From positions 3,038,001 through 3,102,000 of the forward strand of contig OZ176050.1 of assembly GCA_964247055.1 (NCBI GenBank): a stretch of 64,000 nt of DNA. Direction: 5' to 3'. The first letter of the stretch is position 1. Each line of letters starts with the position of its first letter. Shown piece after piece: positions 40,501 through 54,700 of the stretch. The notes beneath the pieces are model-generated. The model was not told the origin of the DNA. It saw only the letters and a list, made by a program, of their open reading frames with translations, and did no database searches. Origin of the DNA: Paragordius varius (taxonomy: Eukaryota; Animalia; Nematomorpha). Position numbers and translations under genes: made by a program.

Positions 40501-42714
40501 ACCGATGGAAATAACAATGATCTCAAACCACAATTAGTTTATTATATGTATTTGGATCTCTTTGATGAAGACAAGTAAAATATGCCTTATAAATTTATTT
40601 ATGGATTATTCTTTTTTATACACTGTTTTGGGCCTCACCCATTAAATTTAATTGACTCAATAACATCATAAATAATTTTTTTTAATAACAAAGGAAAACT
40701 ATTCTTTGTCGGAATTTTGTATCACTCTTTAAAAATTGTGACTTTTACTTAATTTTTTCCAGCTAATATGTAATATAATATTTTTTCTATTCAAATTATC
40801 AAATAGTAGGTTGGATAGAGATGTTATCGCCAAATTCATTTTGACTGTGCGGAAAAATTATCGCAACGTACCATATCATAATTGGACGCATGGGTTTTAT
40901 GTGGCTCATGCGGCTTACGTTCTTCTCAAATTATACCCAAATAAATTTACTCATCTTGAGGTTTTTGACTAATTGTTATCTGACAATGATATTTTATAAT
41001 TATATTTATGCAAATTATTTTGCCATACCAAAAATTAAAATGTATATTGACTTAAGTATCTTATCGATTAAATTGCATTCATGACGTGACTATGACCGTT
41101 TCCAAAATTACTAACCAACATATGTTTAAGTGATGTAAATTTATATATATAATAAATTTATTTTTTGTTAAAAAAAATAGAATATAAGAGTTTTTGAGTT
41201 TGTTATCCATAAAATCAAAAAGTAGTAAGTTTTTTTATTTAATAACAATAAGAATTCTCATTTTTAAAATTATTTTGATTGGGAGATTCTAAATGACTGC
41301 ATTGTCAAACAATATATTATTTTTAATCCTTAAATTTAATATATATGTATATACATTAATAATAAAACTACTTTTAATATATTTAATGTCACCATTCATT
41401 GCTTTATGCATAGAATTTGGCCATTTTCATAGCCAGCCTTTGCCATGATTTAGACCATAGGGGTAAAAACAATGCCTTTATGAAAGAAACTGATACCCCA
41501 CTTTCGGCCATATATACGACTTCAACCATGGAACATCACCATTTTAATCAAACTGTTGCTATTTTGCAGCAAGAAGGTCACAATATATTTGGGGATCTAT
41601 CATCCGCCGATTATCGTAAGGTATATCGATGTTTATAAATATATGTCCCTACTCTGTTATATTTTAACGATTTATATTTTATAGATATAAAAAGAATCTT
41701 TATTCAAAAAAGCGACGTTCAAATTAATTTTTTTCCATCTTTATCTGATATATTATGGTTAAACAGGTATTGAGCCTAATAAAACATTGCATCCTGGCTA
41801 CTGATTTGGCTCAGTTCGCCAATTTTAAGGCAACTATCATCAAACGTCTTGAAACGGGTGAATTTAATTGGCATAACACGCACGATAAATTACTCGTGTT
41901 AGCTATTATTATGACATCGTGCGATTTGTGTGCAAGTGCTAAACCTTGGTCTTTCCAACAAAAAACTGTCGCAGTTATTATGGAAGAATTTTTTCAACAG
42001 GTAGCATTTAAGATAAAAGTTGTATTTAGATACTATATGATTGCGATTAAGGCTATTATAATACAGATTAAAGAATTAAAACAGGTCTGACTGTATTTGT
42101 ATGTCCCAGCCAATTTTATGAATGCATGCGATACTGTTAAATATTTTTCGATTGCACATTAGTTTTTTTATTAAATTTACACTACTTTTAGATAATTATC
42201 CACCGTAATAAAATCATTTTCTAGGCAGTTTAAATTTAATAAATGGTAAAAACTATATTGAAAATGAATCAAACATGTCTTTTAACCTTTTTTTAGGGTG
42301 ATGCCGAAAAGGCAAAGGGTAAAACACCTGCTCCATTGATGAATAGAGAATGTGCCGATCAATTACCAAAAAATCAAGTATAAAAGCCAAAATTATATTC
42401 AAGTTTCAATAAATTGATAAAAAAAATATAACCTTGTTCTGTTTCTTCAAAGGTCGGATTCATAAAACATCTGTGCATACCATGCTATGAAGTTTTAGTC
42501 AAACTGCTTCCCAAAACTCAACAATTACTAGAGGGTGCAACGTAAGTTTTTGAATTGTTAGAATACATGCTTTATTAGTTTTTCCATTTTAAAAGTTTAT
42601 ATAGTCACAACAAAAAGATCATTTTATCAGGATTTGAAACTTTATGATTTTATTCATTTTTTTCTATTGTTTAGTCAAAACTGTGACCGCTGGTCTGAAT
42701 GTATCAAGGATTGA
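31594..42714 (+). CDS. PDE10A: GAF-GAF cyclic nucleotide phosphodiesterase, PDE10 / nematode pde-5 type; 5' end uncertain
   Basis: More than 20 exons in frame: [12 protein letters not shown] (31887 exon), [68 protein letters not shown]. Catalytic domain: [12 protein letters not shown] (40810 exon), [49 protein letters not shown]. Stop TGA at 42712-42714. Confidence 0.95.
32298..32608. mobile_element. hAT MITE in PDE intron
   Basis: TIR CAGGGGTGTTCAA / TTGGACATCCCTG; subterminal GCGGCCCGC. Confidence 0.7.
35190..35449. mobile_element. hAT MITE in PDE intron
   Basis: Ends AGGGGTTTCTAACAC / TTGAACATCCCTG, followed by GTTTAAAG. Confidence 0.55.
38277..38454. mobile_element. hAT MITE in PDE intron
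   Basis: Ends CAGGGGTTTAACAC / GCGGCCCGCGG..GTGTTGGGCATCCTG. Confidence 0.6.
38545..40245. mobile_element. hAT (Charlie-type) MITE interrupted by a Helitron, in PDE intron
   Basis: TIR CAGGGCTTCTTAAACT / AGTTTAAGAAGCCCT; subterminal palindrome TCGCGACCC..GGGTCGCGA. Confidence 0.8.
38765..40051 (-). mobile_element. Non-autonomous Helitron, copy 2
   Basis: Same ends as 13254-15015 (5' TCTATATATTT, 3' hairpin GTCACGC-TTCG-GTGTGGC then CTAG) and an A/T insertion site. Shorter through loss of internal repeat units. Confidence 0.82.
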
Positions 42715-44539
42715 CATATGCTATATTGAATATTTTCTTCCTCAAAAATTTATAATTTATCTACTCTAACATATTTATGAAATTAATAACCAAATATATT
42801 TTACAATGTTTGTTACAATAGCCATTTCCTAAAATCATATATTTACAAAAAATTAAGTATCATTGGAAATTAGATGTATTATTACAATTATTCCGCACAA
42901 AAAGCACTAGCTAATCATGTCCACATTATTTAATTTTCTAAATGTGATATTATGAAAATATAAATAACCGAACTTTTCCCAATCATATACTTTTAATACA
43001 CAGTACCCCTTGCAAATAAGAATATATATTAACTATAGACAGAATAGATAGCTCAAACCATTCTAAAATTGTTTAATCACGAAGCAGTTTTAATATCAGC
43101 ACACCCGGTACGTTTATAAATTCTTTAAAATAACTTTATAAAACTAATGTTTAATTATTTGTGGCAAATTGCAAAGATATAATTTAATATTTCATCATTT
43201 TTAATAGAATAAAATTATCAAATAAAAAGCTTATAAGAATTTTAATTTTATAGTAATCCTGACTAAATAGATTATTCTATTCATTAATAAAGTATTGTTA
43301 ATTAATTGTGATATAGGTAAAATTTAATTGGACCCTATCTGGATACGAATGTATTGTTTGCCTGGTTTACAAATTTTGTTAGAATATAAATTTTCTATGA
43401 ATATTAATAATACGATTCCACTTTTTTTGAACTGAAAATATATTTATGGGCAAAATAAAGTTCAAATTCAAATTTAATGATCAAAGACACATATTATTTA
43501 AGATAATAATTGGCTTTTTGTAATATTTAACTATGAATACAGTAATTACAATTTTACGAGCATCAATTCATTAGTTTTTCCAAGTTCGTTATTTTTTTGT
43601 TTTTTTGGTAGTTATATTATAAGGAAAATGCATAATGTTGTCTTTGAGACAATTTCCCGAAAACTTGCAGAACCCATTCATACTCAAAAGTCAAATTTTA
43701 TATATTTACAAATGTGCCAACTAAAGTTAAGAATTTTTTTGTTGGCTCCTCAGTTAAACTATATCCCGTGTGAAAAAAGGTTTTTTTTAGAAAAAGAGAA
43801 GTCCCCGAAAATCGTGGAGACATTTTTTTGGAAAACGTTATAAATTCATAATTTTTTACATTTGCTTTTTAACCAATGCGCAGAGAATAGTCGGCCTATA
43901 TTTTAAAATTAGCATCTGTATTTAGCCGCTCCCCCTGTAAACCCATTTTTATGGGAGATAAGTCCCAAAAATAAGGCGATTTTTTTCCCTAGGTATTTCC
44001 AAGATAAAGGCAAAAATATATACAGCAGGTATGGCACTACCTTTTATCGGCGGCCCCATTTAATTAACGTGGCTTTAAAGCTAAATTTCTTGTCAGTTAT
44101 GTTTCCGGTATAAAAGATACTAAATCACTTGGTACGGCATATTATGTTAAATACGCGACCTATGGACGCCTAGCTTTAAAGTTTTTTTTGGAAATCAAAC
44201 CAAGACCATATTTAACTCATAATGTTAGCTATTTCAAGTTATAAAGAAAAATTAAGTTTGGCACTTTTTTAAAATAATCCTTCTAGAAGTCTGGCATCTC
44301 TTAAATACGCCACTATAAAAAATAACATAGCTTTGATGCAATATATCGCTCAAATTTGAAATGTACCAAATCATTAATGGTTGGATAATGCAAGGTATAG
44401 TCTTAAGTCATTACCGGTTTAGGTAAAAAAGCGGGTTAATCTGTAACAGAAGCCATTTTCATCTGACATTAAACGACAAACACCCCAGGTTGAGTCAAAA
44501 AACTCGCTTATTCGTATTATTAATTATGTTGATTAAGCC

Positions 44540-45409
44540 CGAAAATGTACATTTGAGTCACTTGCTTTTCTAGAAGAAAAGGCGATCGAAAGTTATTGTT
44601 TAATGGTATAACCATATGATAAACATGAACCATCTCTTATAACGTGAACATGGTTTGAAAATTTAAAAATTGTAATTTTAAGAAGGAGAAGAGCGCTTTT
44701 AGAAACTATAACTGCGAAGACGATTGAGCGCAAGAGTTATTGAATGATTACATTCAAATACTTTGCCAAGGCATTACATGTAAACAAATAGACTGGGAGC
44801 GCACAATTCAAATGAAGAAATATAAAATCGCAAAGGGACTTGTGAAATTATAAATTCTGTAGCATCATGAAAAGAAATCATTTTTGCATTGAATTGTGAT
44901 GGGTGATAAGAATGGATTTATTTTGAATTCAAAGCGGAAAAATTGGGATTTGCACCTTATCAAGTCGCTTCGGTATGAATCAAACCCCGATGGACTGCTA
45001 ATCCACAACGTTACCAACAATAAATCAAATTAAACCATGCATTGGAATAATAACCGGAATGATCCAAAAGGCATGGCAAAGTGATTTTGCTAAATGACAA
45101 TGCTCCGTCTCTCACAGGTAATCCAGTGAGGGACACCATCGCTTCGAAGGGAAATCTTTCCGCATCCGCTGTACTCTCATGACCTGGCGCCATCCGATCA
45201 TTACTACTTCGCATTAATAAAGCACACACTCGCAGAGATGCATTTCAATAATTATAAAAGATATTGACAAACAGTTAGCCGCAAAAAGACAATTCCGTTA
45301 GGCATTGATATATTACGTAAGAGATGGCGAAATATGTAGAAGCCGATGGACAATATTATAATAATTAATTATTTTTCTAAAAAAAAATATTTATTTTTGC
45401 CCCATAAAT
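44540..45409 (+). mobile_element. Decayed mariner transposase
   Basis: FLH*IVMGD (~44882), NDNAP (~45094), PHPLYSHDLAPSDHY (45160-45205), RW..VEADGQY (45321-45356). Possible TIR pair TTTATGGGCAAAATAAA (43443) / TTTATTTTTGCCCCATAAA (45390-45408). Confidence 0.85.
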
Positions 45410-46956
45410 TGAAAGCGTTGGAATGGCTCGAAATGGTTTGGCACAAAAATAATCATTTTTCCTGAAATGAAATCACCTGAGAGATAAGCAAAGTGTGTAC
45501 AAGCCGATGTACAATATTTTAAATAAGATAAGAAATTGGTTTTTAAAATTAAGCAAAGACTACTGACTACACCTGGTTAAGGCAAAAAATTTAGCCCAGC
45601 CCCCTTTTTAATTAACCCCTGGATTTTACATTTGCCACCATATGAAAATAACGTAGCTTTAAAAGCGAATGTCAGAGAACATAAAACTATAGACTATGGT
45701 GTCCCACCCTATGAATACCACGCCTTCAATAAAAAAAAGTGGCGATGAATTTTCATCTGTATTCATTGGAGAAATACAAATATTATTAGCTATGTCACGG
45801 TTGTGCTTTAAATTTAATTTTATGATATATGATAAATATTTTTTATAAGTATTGACGCACCCTTAAAACACTTGACAATCCTTAAAACAACGGATATAGT
45901 TATTGTGGAACTAAACTATATTTAAAATATGGGAAAATTATACATTGAAATATGATTCATACTTAACCTAAGGGTAAAATATATTATTTTAACTATGTTA
46001 CGATTGTGAAGGATAATTAATTTGGATTTAACACATTCGATAATGATGGAAAAAATATATTTAAAACACATGCCTTTTCATGCATATAACATCAAACTAA
46101 ATTGAAAAAAAAATACATTTGCGAAGCAAATTTGAATATATAATATATTTGGATGTAAATATTTTTTACTTACCATTTTTTGGTTAATATTATAAAAAAA
46201 TTTGGATTCTATTTTCATTGTATCACATAATTTTAACTTTGTGATAAAAAATGTTTGAATATTTCTTAACATATCTGACAATATTCTTTTTAACGATCCA
46301 TGCTTCGGAGGTAAATTATTTTTTCTAAATAACTCTTAATTTATACGTGATTATGCGATAAAAATGACCGTATTGTGTTCCAAATATATTTGGAAACATT
46401 TCAAAAAAGGATAAATTTTACTATAAAAATATATTTGTGTTATATAGATAATTTTCACTTAAATTTTTCCTTTTAAAATTCAATGGATTATTCTTGGACA
46501 TACAAAGTATTGGCCTCTGATTTTTTTAAACTTTAACATATTTATGAATAAAATAAAATTGGTTTATTTAACCGTAACTTTTATATAATTATACAAATGA
46601 TATGTTTAATTAGGTTTTCTAAAAACCGTCATTAAAATCTACAAATTATGTTTCGATTCTAAGGTTGTCATTAAAAATAATTCAAAAATATAAACTTATA
46701 AATAATAAAAAATATATAACCGTAATTTATAATGTAGGTTTGAAGTTATTCGGTTAAGCATTATAAAAACATTCAATATTCCTTTCACCAAAAAAAATGT
46801 TATCAGATTGATTCAATTCAATCCAAAAATATTTCATATCATTTTTAACAACACAATTATAAATCCGTATAATAACGATAAAGGATAATTAATTAGAATT
46901 AAATGAAATTATAAATGGAAATTATAAACGATATGTGAAATCCTTCGTCAATAGTA

Positions 46957-46999
46957 ATCGCAGACTAGTTTCGTGCTTGTTAGCACTCATCAGTACGAC
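46957..46999 (-). ncRNA. Type I hammerhead ribozyme (identical inverted copy)
   Basis: Exact reverse complement of 47148-47190. Confidence 0.88.
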
Positions 47000-47147
47000 A
47001 CAACTATTTGACTTGAGGTTTTCACATATCGATTTCATAATATCAACTTTGCAATTTTGGTATAAATGCAGTTTGGTTATACGAATTTAAATTACAAAGT
47101 TGGATATTACGAAATCGATATGTGAAAACCTCAAGTCAAATAGTTGT

Positions 47148-47190
47148 GTCGTACTGATGAGTGCTAACAAGCACGAAACTAGTCTGCGAT
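47148..47190 (+). ncRNA. Type I hammerhead ribozyme
   Basis: GTCGTA-CTGATGA-GTGC-TAACAA-GCAC-GAAA-CTA-GTC^TGCGAT: full core, 4-bp stem II, minimal stem III with a palindromic CTAG, GUC cleavage triplet (cut after 47184). Stem I GTCGTA/TGCGAT can extend out to 47116-47218. Confidence 0.88.
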
Positions 47191-48760
47191 TACTATTGAC
47201 GAAGGGTTTCACATATCGTTTATAATTTCTGTTTATACTCTCATTTAATTCTAATTAATTATCCTTTATCGTTATATTACGGATTTTAACAACTGTTATT
47301 ACAAAACATAACTAATCCGTTATTTACCATTACAAGTATAAATCGTCTAAGGAAGATATAATACAATTTATGAAAATTTATAATGGTAACGTAAAAATCA
47401 AAAAACTATATATTTTTAAAAAAAACATTATATTTTTTAAACCGTGATTTATTTAAATGATATGGATGATCTATTAAAATTTGAGATATAAATGGGTATT
47501 ATATTACAGTTAAATTATATAGGCTATGTAGGAAATATGAAGGTATAACACTCCTATTAGGGGTGTTTATTCCAGAGCGATTCGAAATAAAGTATTTCAA
47601 AAGGTAGGATATTAAGCTGGATATAAAAATATACTTTCTTAGCCTTTTAGGCGCATTATACAAATTTTTTTTGATTAAATGTAACCTTTGCAAAAGTAAT
47701 TATCTCAAACTTTTTTGTAGCATTTTTTCTATTTATTTTTAAATCGATATTGCACCAGGCAAATAAATGTACATAATGGTTACAAAATGTAAATATTTAA
47801 CTTTAAAAAGCTTTCAGGCTACATTTTACCAAAAACTTAATTTAATTTATCAGCTGTTTGTTTCAATCGCGTTTTGGAACTGGGTCAATTTGGACTCAAA
47901 AAGTTAAGCTTCAAAGTGAAAAATTAATGAATGCTTTTTAAAAATATATTAAATTTTTGTTTTTACGTTTTGTATGTATACAATTTTACTCTTTTAAAAG
48001 CGATCAACAATAAATGGCGCATGTTTTGTAGAAGCATAAAACTTTATATTGGTATATTTCCATAAATTTATTACTCATTATAATTCCCCAAATTTGCGTA
48101 CGGCTAAAATCTAAAACTATTTTAAAGATAGAGGCTATAAAAAAAATATACAACTCCGTACACAAATTTAAGTCAACCATAACGTTAAAACTTTATTATA
48201 GTAGGTATAATAAGATAAAATATTAATGAATTTTTGTCAGTAAAAAATACGTTACAATATGTGTCTAACAAATTTAATTGAATTGGAATTTAGTTCATAA
48301 ATTATTGATAACGCTATATCATACATAAAATAAAGCTTGTTGGTGTATTAACAGGCAACCGTTGATTCATGTCCCGCCCTTGTCTTTGGTTTCGATTTCG
48401 GCCATATTTTATTATAATTATGTAATATTTCAAACTTTTATTTTTGTCAAAACAAATGGTTTTTATTTTGATCCCATTATGTTTTAATTATAAAATAAGC
48501 CTAAATCAGGTTGGAGTGGCTATAATGACCAATATTTTTTGTAGTGAATCAATATTTGGATAAACATATTAAATCTCTCCAAAATCTTAATGTGTATATA
48601 TAGCTACCACAAAATTATAAGTTACGAAAATCAAAATATCTTTTATGTTAATATCTATATTTTAATAAATCAAATTAACTAAGAAACTATGTTAAAAAGC
48701 TAATAAGTTATTTTTTGGAACTGCGGTTTTAATTATAAGTCCGGTATTTGATTTAAATCC

Positions 48761-51700
48761 ATGATTTTCGTATAATACTCTTTATATTTAATTATATATA
48801 GAGTACTGGAACGATTTCTCAAACAGCAAATTTTAATCCCAAAAAAGATTCCGATAGCCTTCACAAAGCTTTAGCTGGATTTGGTTTAACATTTTTAACA
48901 TTATAATGAAATTTTAAATTGAATTTAAGTGTTCATGAATTCTATAAAGGTCTTTATCTAGGTTAGTATGGTTTTGTAAATTCAGAACACTAGGTCGTTC
49001 TTCATTTGTCGTAATAGCCAAATCCACACATGTTTTATAATAAAAAATTAGCTAATCAAAAACGCTAAAATAATTTATTTATGTAATTTTTTTACTATTT
49101 TAGGCACTAATGATCGTGCATTGATCGATGTAATTGCCCGCCGCACTAATGCCGAACGTCAACAAATTGCGACTTTATATCAACAAAGTTATAACAGGGT
49201 AAAGCTCAATATTTTTTACTTATAACATTAAAATAACAAGGAAAATTAAAATTTTTAACAGCTGTTTTAGTAGATTCTTGAAAGTTTTAATTATATAATA
49301 AAATATCTGCTGTAAATTAATTTTTGCAAAGAATGATAGGGAAACAGTCTTTAAAATTTTAATGTATATATGCCAAACTTTTAGATTTGTTTTCAGTGTG
49401 ATTTTTTAAAAAATTTAGGCTTATATATTAATTAAAGGTACCCATTTTGGTGTTAATTATTCCAAGTTTTTACATGTACGTTGTAATCATAAATACATAG
49501 GATTTAAAAAAACATATTGCCTCAGACACAAGCGGTGATTACGGAGATTTGATGAATGGTTTGATGGAATATGCCCCAGTATATGATGCAAAACTCATAA
49601 AAAAGGCTATTGAAGTATAAAATTTAAAATAAGATTATGTTAATAATTATAAAATTTATATTATATTTTTATAGAAAAGTAGAATTTTTATAATGCTTTT
49701 AGATTTATAGAGCTTGGAATTTTATAAGTAATTGAATTAAGCTTATTATAATCCCATTCAAAAAAAATTGCGAATTAGCGCACAATAGAGTAAATTTATT
49801 TTTTTGGCTGATATTGAATCTAATTACATTGTTAATATATGCAGTATTAAGATTTGATTGGAGAACCATTTAAATTTAATATGTTGTGCTTTAACGTTGA
49901 AATTTTTTAGATTTGAATACTAACAGTTGAAATTTAAAATAAGAGTGTGAACAAAAACTATATTGTTTTAGTAATATTTATTTCTTAGAATCACTATTAG
50001 GTTTAAAACACCAATATATTTTGTGTTTGCAGGGTTTAGGAACAAACTTCGATTTGCTCATTGAGGTTCTTTTAACTAGAAGTCCTGTCCAAATACAATA
50101 TATTGGCAAAGCTTATGAAGAAGGTATTTAACTAATATCATATAAGGTGGAGTGTAAAATTTTGTGGTTTATTTCATAGATTATTGAAGTTTTAGTTTTT
50201 AAATAGGTGGCAACAGGAAATTAAAATCTGAGAATAAACGCCATATAAAATATGATTTAAACGAAAATGTACCAAACATCTGATTATCAGTATTTTATCT
50301 ATATTTTTATTAGAGACCCATATTTTATATTTTAATATTTTCAAACATAAAATGTTGAAATATGAATTTAGCTCTAATTATAACAAAATTAAATTATCAT
50401 ATAATATGTTATCGCCCTAAAGTAATGAATTTATATAATCCAATAAATGTAGCTTAAATTTAGAAATTTGTTAGAGTTTTTTGTAGCTATATACTTGAAC
50501 TTGGCATAATGAAAATTGTAAATATTGGTTAACGAGTTAAAGCCCTGTTAGGGATTATCTCTGAATTTTTTAGTATATTTTATTGCTGTCAAATTTGGTT
50601 AATATTAAAAGATTGACAAGGTGTGTTTTTTCAATTTTGTGCTGCGAACAAGACGCAATTAACACTTGACAACACATTCATTTCAGTCATTCGATTCAAA
50701 TTGCGGTAGTTGGATATCCCAGGCCTGTTTAAAATTAAAAAATATGGAAAGAATTGAAACCATGGAAAAAATTTGCACTGATATAACATTAATAAACCGA
50801 AATATATAAAAAAGTTTATTCAAAAAACTTGACATTTCTTATTTTATGGTAAAACCTCAAGTTAAAAATTTAGTCAATATGGCATGTGTGCCTTATCTAA
50901 ATTAATTATATTACAAATTAAACTACTTTTTCTGGTTATATTAATGTTAGATGTGATTTAAATAAAAAATTAGCTTCAATTTTAGCTTTTTTAGCTTTAA
51001 TATTAAATAGCACGATATTTTACAAAAATGTTGTAAAATAAAAATTGCGTCGTTGTAGTTTGATATGGAACTTTTTCAAAACTAAATTTTATTAAGATAT
51101 TTCGGATTATTTATATAATTTTTATTGGGATAGAAGCATAAATTTTAATTGCCGCCGTTTCTCTCAGTAGTTTTTAAAAAATATAAACTTAAATATAGTC
51201 TGGGGTTTTTAGATACTCCAATTTGAATCGAAGTGAACTAATATTTTAACCAAAGCTTTTAAATTATCACGTCTAATTTCGGTAACACCCCAAAAAATCA
51301 TTTTTCAGAAAATTCTAAAAATATTTTAGAGCTATTTTATGTTGATTTTGATTTTCGAATTGATGAATTTTCAGCACTTTCAGCCTCTAAAAATTTATAG
51401 CCTTTATAGGGGCTTGGAGCCGAAATTACGTAATATGAGAGGCCGTTTGCGAATATTCATAATCAATAAGTCTTTATGTTTATCTTAAAAGTTTATCTTT
51501 TAAAAGTTAAATATGCTCGAAATTTTACACGCTAAAGGACAGATAATATCAAACTATGTAAAAGTAAAATTGTAATTTTAATTATATAATTTAGATACAT
51601 GCCAAACTTTATTAATCAGTGTCCACAAAAAATAATTTGTTCCCATAAATAGTTTTTGTAGAAATATATTAAATCATGGATTGGTATTGTTGTTTTCAAA

Positions 51701-54700
51701 ACGTTGTTTTACAAATTCACAAAGGCTTACCTAGATTTTCTATCGTAACTTACTACCCTAATTTATGGTTTAATTTAGCATATGTAAAAGCCTTTTCCAT
51801 TATGATACAATTTTTATAATAGGTAGGGTGACCAGACGTCCGGCAGGACGACCCCGCTGTTTCACACTTTGTCCCGCGTCCCGCTACGTTTTTGAAATTT
51901 CCCGCTCACGATTATTTAAAAAAATTTTTTTAATACATTTTAAATTTTTTATAAAATTTTTTTTTATCCGTTTAAATTTTTTATCATTATGTATAAATCT
52001 ATATCAATTTTAAATTAAAACTTTTTATTTTATAATTAAAAATATTTATTTTTTTCAAACTTATATCAAATGATTATACACTTTGTTACTGTCAACATTA
52101 TCAAAAAGACAAATTAATACCACAAATCGGTAGCTTATACGTTTACTCCAGAAAATTAAGTCCATATAATATTTTTTATACTAATATTGATTTAAGAATA
52201 TGAGTACAAAAAGAGGTTGTAAATTCAACGATGAATTAATGAAAGAATTTCCTTTTATTAAAAAAACGAAGAATGAATCATCTGTTAAATGTCTTATATG
52301 CGAGGGGGAATTCACCCTAGCACTGACGGCAAGCATGATATTACAAAGCATATGGAAACAGAGAAACATATTAAATGTTTAGATATGGGGGCATTATCTT
52401 ACAAAATGAGCGATTTTTTTCGAAAAACCGCTTTTGGAGAGGAAGAAAAGAATTTGGCACTAGCCGAAGGCGTTTTATCTTTTCACGCCGTTAATCACAA
52501 TCATGCCTTTAGATCTATGGATTTTACCCACAGATTATTCGTATCTTATTCAATAAAAAATTTACATGTGCCCGTACAAAGGCTGAAGCTATTGTATGCA
52601 ATGTCCTTTCGCCGCATGCATTTTCAAATACAAAAAGATTTGCTGAAAATTAATTTCATAATGCCATACTCTAATGCATCAAATCACAAGGAAACAAAAT
52701 TATTTCCACTTAGATAAGATACATTGATCCAGAAACCGGAGTAAAAATAATTTTTAGATTTTATTTCTCCACCCGGTGAAAATTCCGACATAATTTTTAC
52801 TTCGATAAATATTCTAGGAAAAAATAATTTAAAAGACAAAATCATCGCATATTGCGCTGACAACACCAATACGAACTTCGATGGAAAAGCAAGGAGGGGA
52901 GGAAAAAATATTTATCATAAATTAGCAGATAATCTTCAAAACATTATTGGCGTTGGGTGTGCAGCGCATATAATACACAACGCTATTCAAAATGTAGTTG
53001 TTAAAATATATTCCTATTTTTATGTATACACGGTACGCGTTGAAACGCTTAAGGAATTCTGTGAAAATGCAGAAGTTCAATATCAAAAAGGGCCTGAATA
53101 TTGTAAAACTCGTTGGTTAGCTCTTGCCAGCTAACGAAAGAATTTTAAAAATGTATGATCCTTAAAAATCCTATTTTTTATCATAGGACAAATGTCCTAC
53201 AACTTTGGAAAAGTTTTTTGAAGTGATTCTTTAAAAATATGGTTAGAGTTCCTACCTAATCAAGCTTCTCTCTTTCAAAATGTTATTAAATTGATAGAAG
53301 GTAAAATTTCGGCAATCGAAGTATCCATTGAAGTTAGTAACCTAAAATTCCAATGCCAAGAAAGGTTAGAAAATAATTTTATACCATTAACTATCCGCAA
53401 TATTATATATAATTTAGAAAAACAAGGATTAATAAATCGCCAAGATATCCTGTACCATATAAAAATGTTTTATACAAACTGTAAACATTATTTGGAACAC
53501 TGGCCGACGCAATTCAATTAAATTGATTTCATTGGATAACATTGTAACCAGAATTTAATTGGTGCGATGTTCAAAAATCATTTGATTACATCTGCATCTC
53601 CCAAAAAGTAATCTTTCAAAAAATGATCTTTTTTCTGAAGTATCATTAGTTAAAAAATATATTAATAATGAAAAACTTAAATTATGGACAACAGAAAAAA
53701 ATACAGTAGAAAAGAAATGGTTAGAAATATTTCATTATTTTTAAACAAACTATATTCCATACAATAATATTTAAAACTGTGGATTTCGCACTATGTTTAT
53801 CTGGAACCAACGCTGTTACTGAGCGCGTAATCAAGTCTGGAAATCGGAAAAATCAAATTTAAATGTTGAAACTTTAAAGGTCATTCTAATCTATCAAATC
53901 TTCCTTGTAGACTTCTACAATATTTTTAAAAATGATGACAATCTACTAAAACGCATTCACTCAAATAAAAAATATATTAAAGAATAAAATATTTTCTTAA
54001 ATTTATAATGTATTTGTGTTAAAAATAAATAATTATTAAAATAAATATTTTGGATAAAAATTTTTGGTTGTACCCGCCCTCGTCCCCCCTCCCCTTTCTC
54101 AGATTTGTCCCGGTTTTTCCTTCATAAAATCTGGTCACCCTAATAATAGGTCCATTTTTAAGACATTCTATTTTTATCATGGGCATTGAATTCACTATTT
54201 TATCAAATTTCTTTTTTTAATATATATTTTAGTAACTCGCCGCAAACTAGTAAATGATATCAAAGGAGACGTTAACAGGGATGTCGAAAAATTGTTAGTG
54301 TTGATAGCTGATGGGAAACGTGACACAAGTAATACGGTCGATGAGGCCTTAGCTGAAAAAGATGCCAAAGTAATTTGCACCTAATCGTTAAAATTAGCGT
54401 AAATTTGATTGTTTAGAGTGTTTTTATCCCATTTGTAAAAAGACTAAAAAATGTGCCATTACGAGTTTTTCGGTAAAAATATACAAATCAATATTTAGAT
54501 GCTTTTGGAATAATAAATAAGCATGGTGCAAACACAAAATTAATTTTTAATATGTATACCTCAGAGCCTATATGATGCTGGTAAAAATCGTATTGGAACC
54601 GTTAATGAAGTATTTGTCACGATTTTCGCGACACGCAATTTCAATCAATTGCGAAGAACGTTTGAAATTTATCAAACAAGGTATAAGAAGAGCATACGAC

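Larger units (their letters stand above)
46861..47286. repeat. ~425-bp palindrome (arms ~195 bp, spacer ~30 bp), probably Penelope-like pLTR-derived
   Basis: 46861-~47057 is the reverse complement of ~47089-47286 with about ten differences; the central ~95 bp of the arms are identical. Confidence 0.92.

Noticed and set aside
47499-47693. ORF next to the ribozyme palindrome as a Penelope RT/GIY-YIG remnant
   Set aside because: No RT or GIY-YIG motif recognisable.
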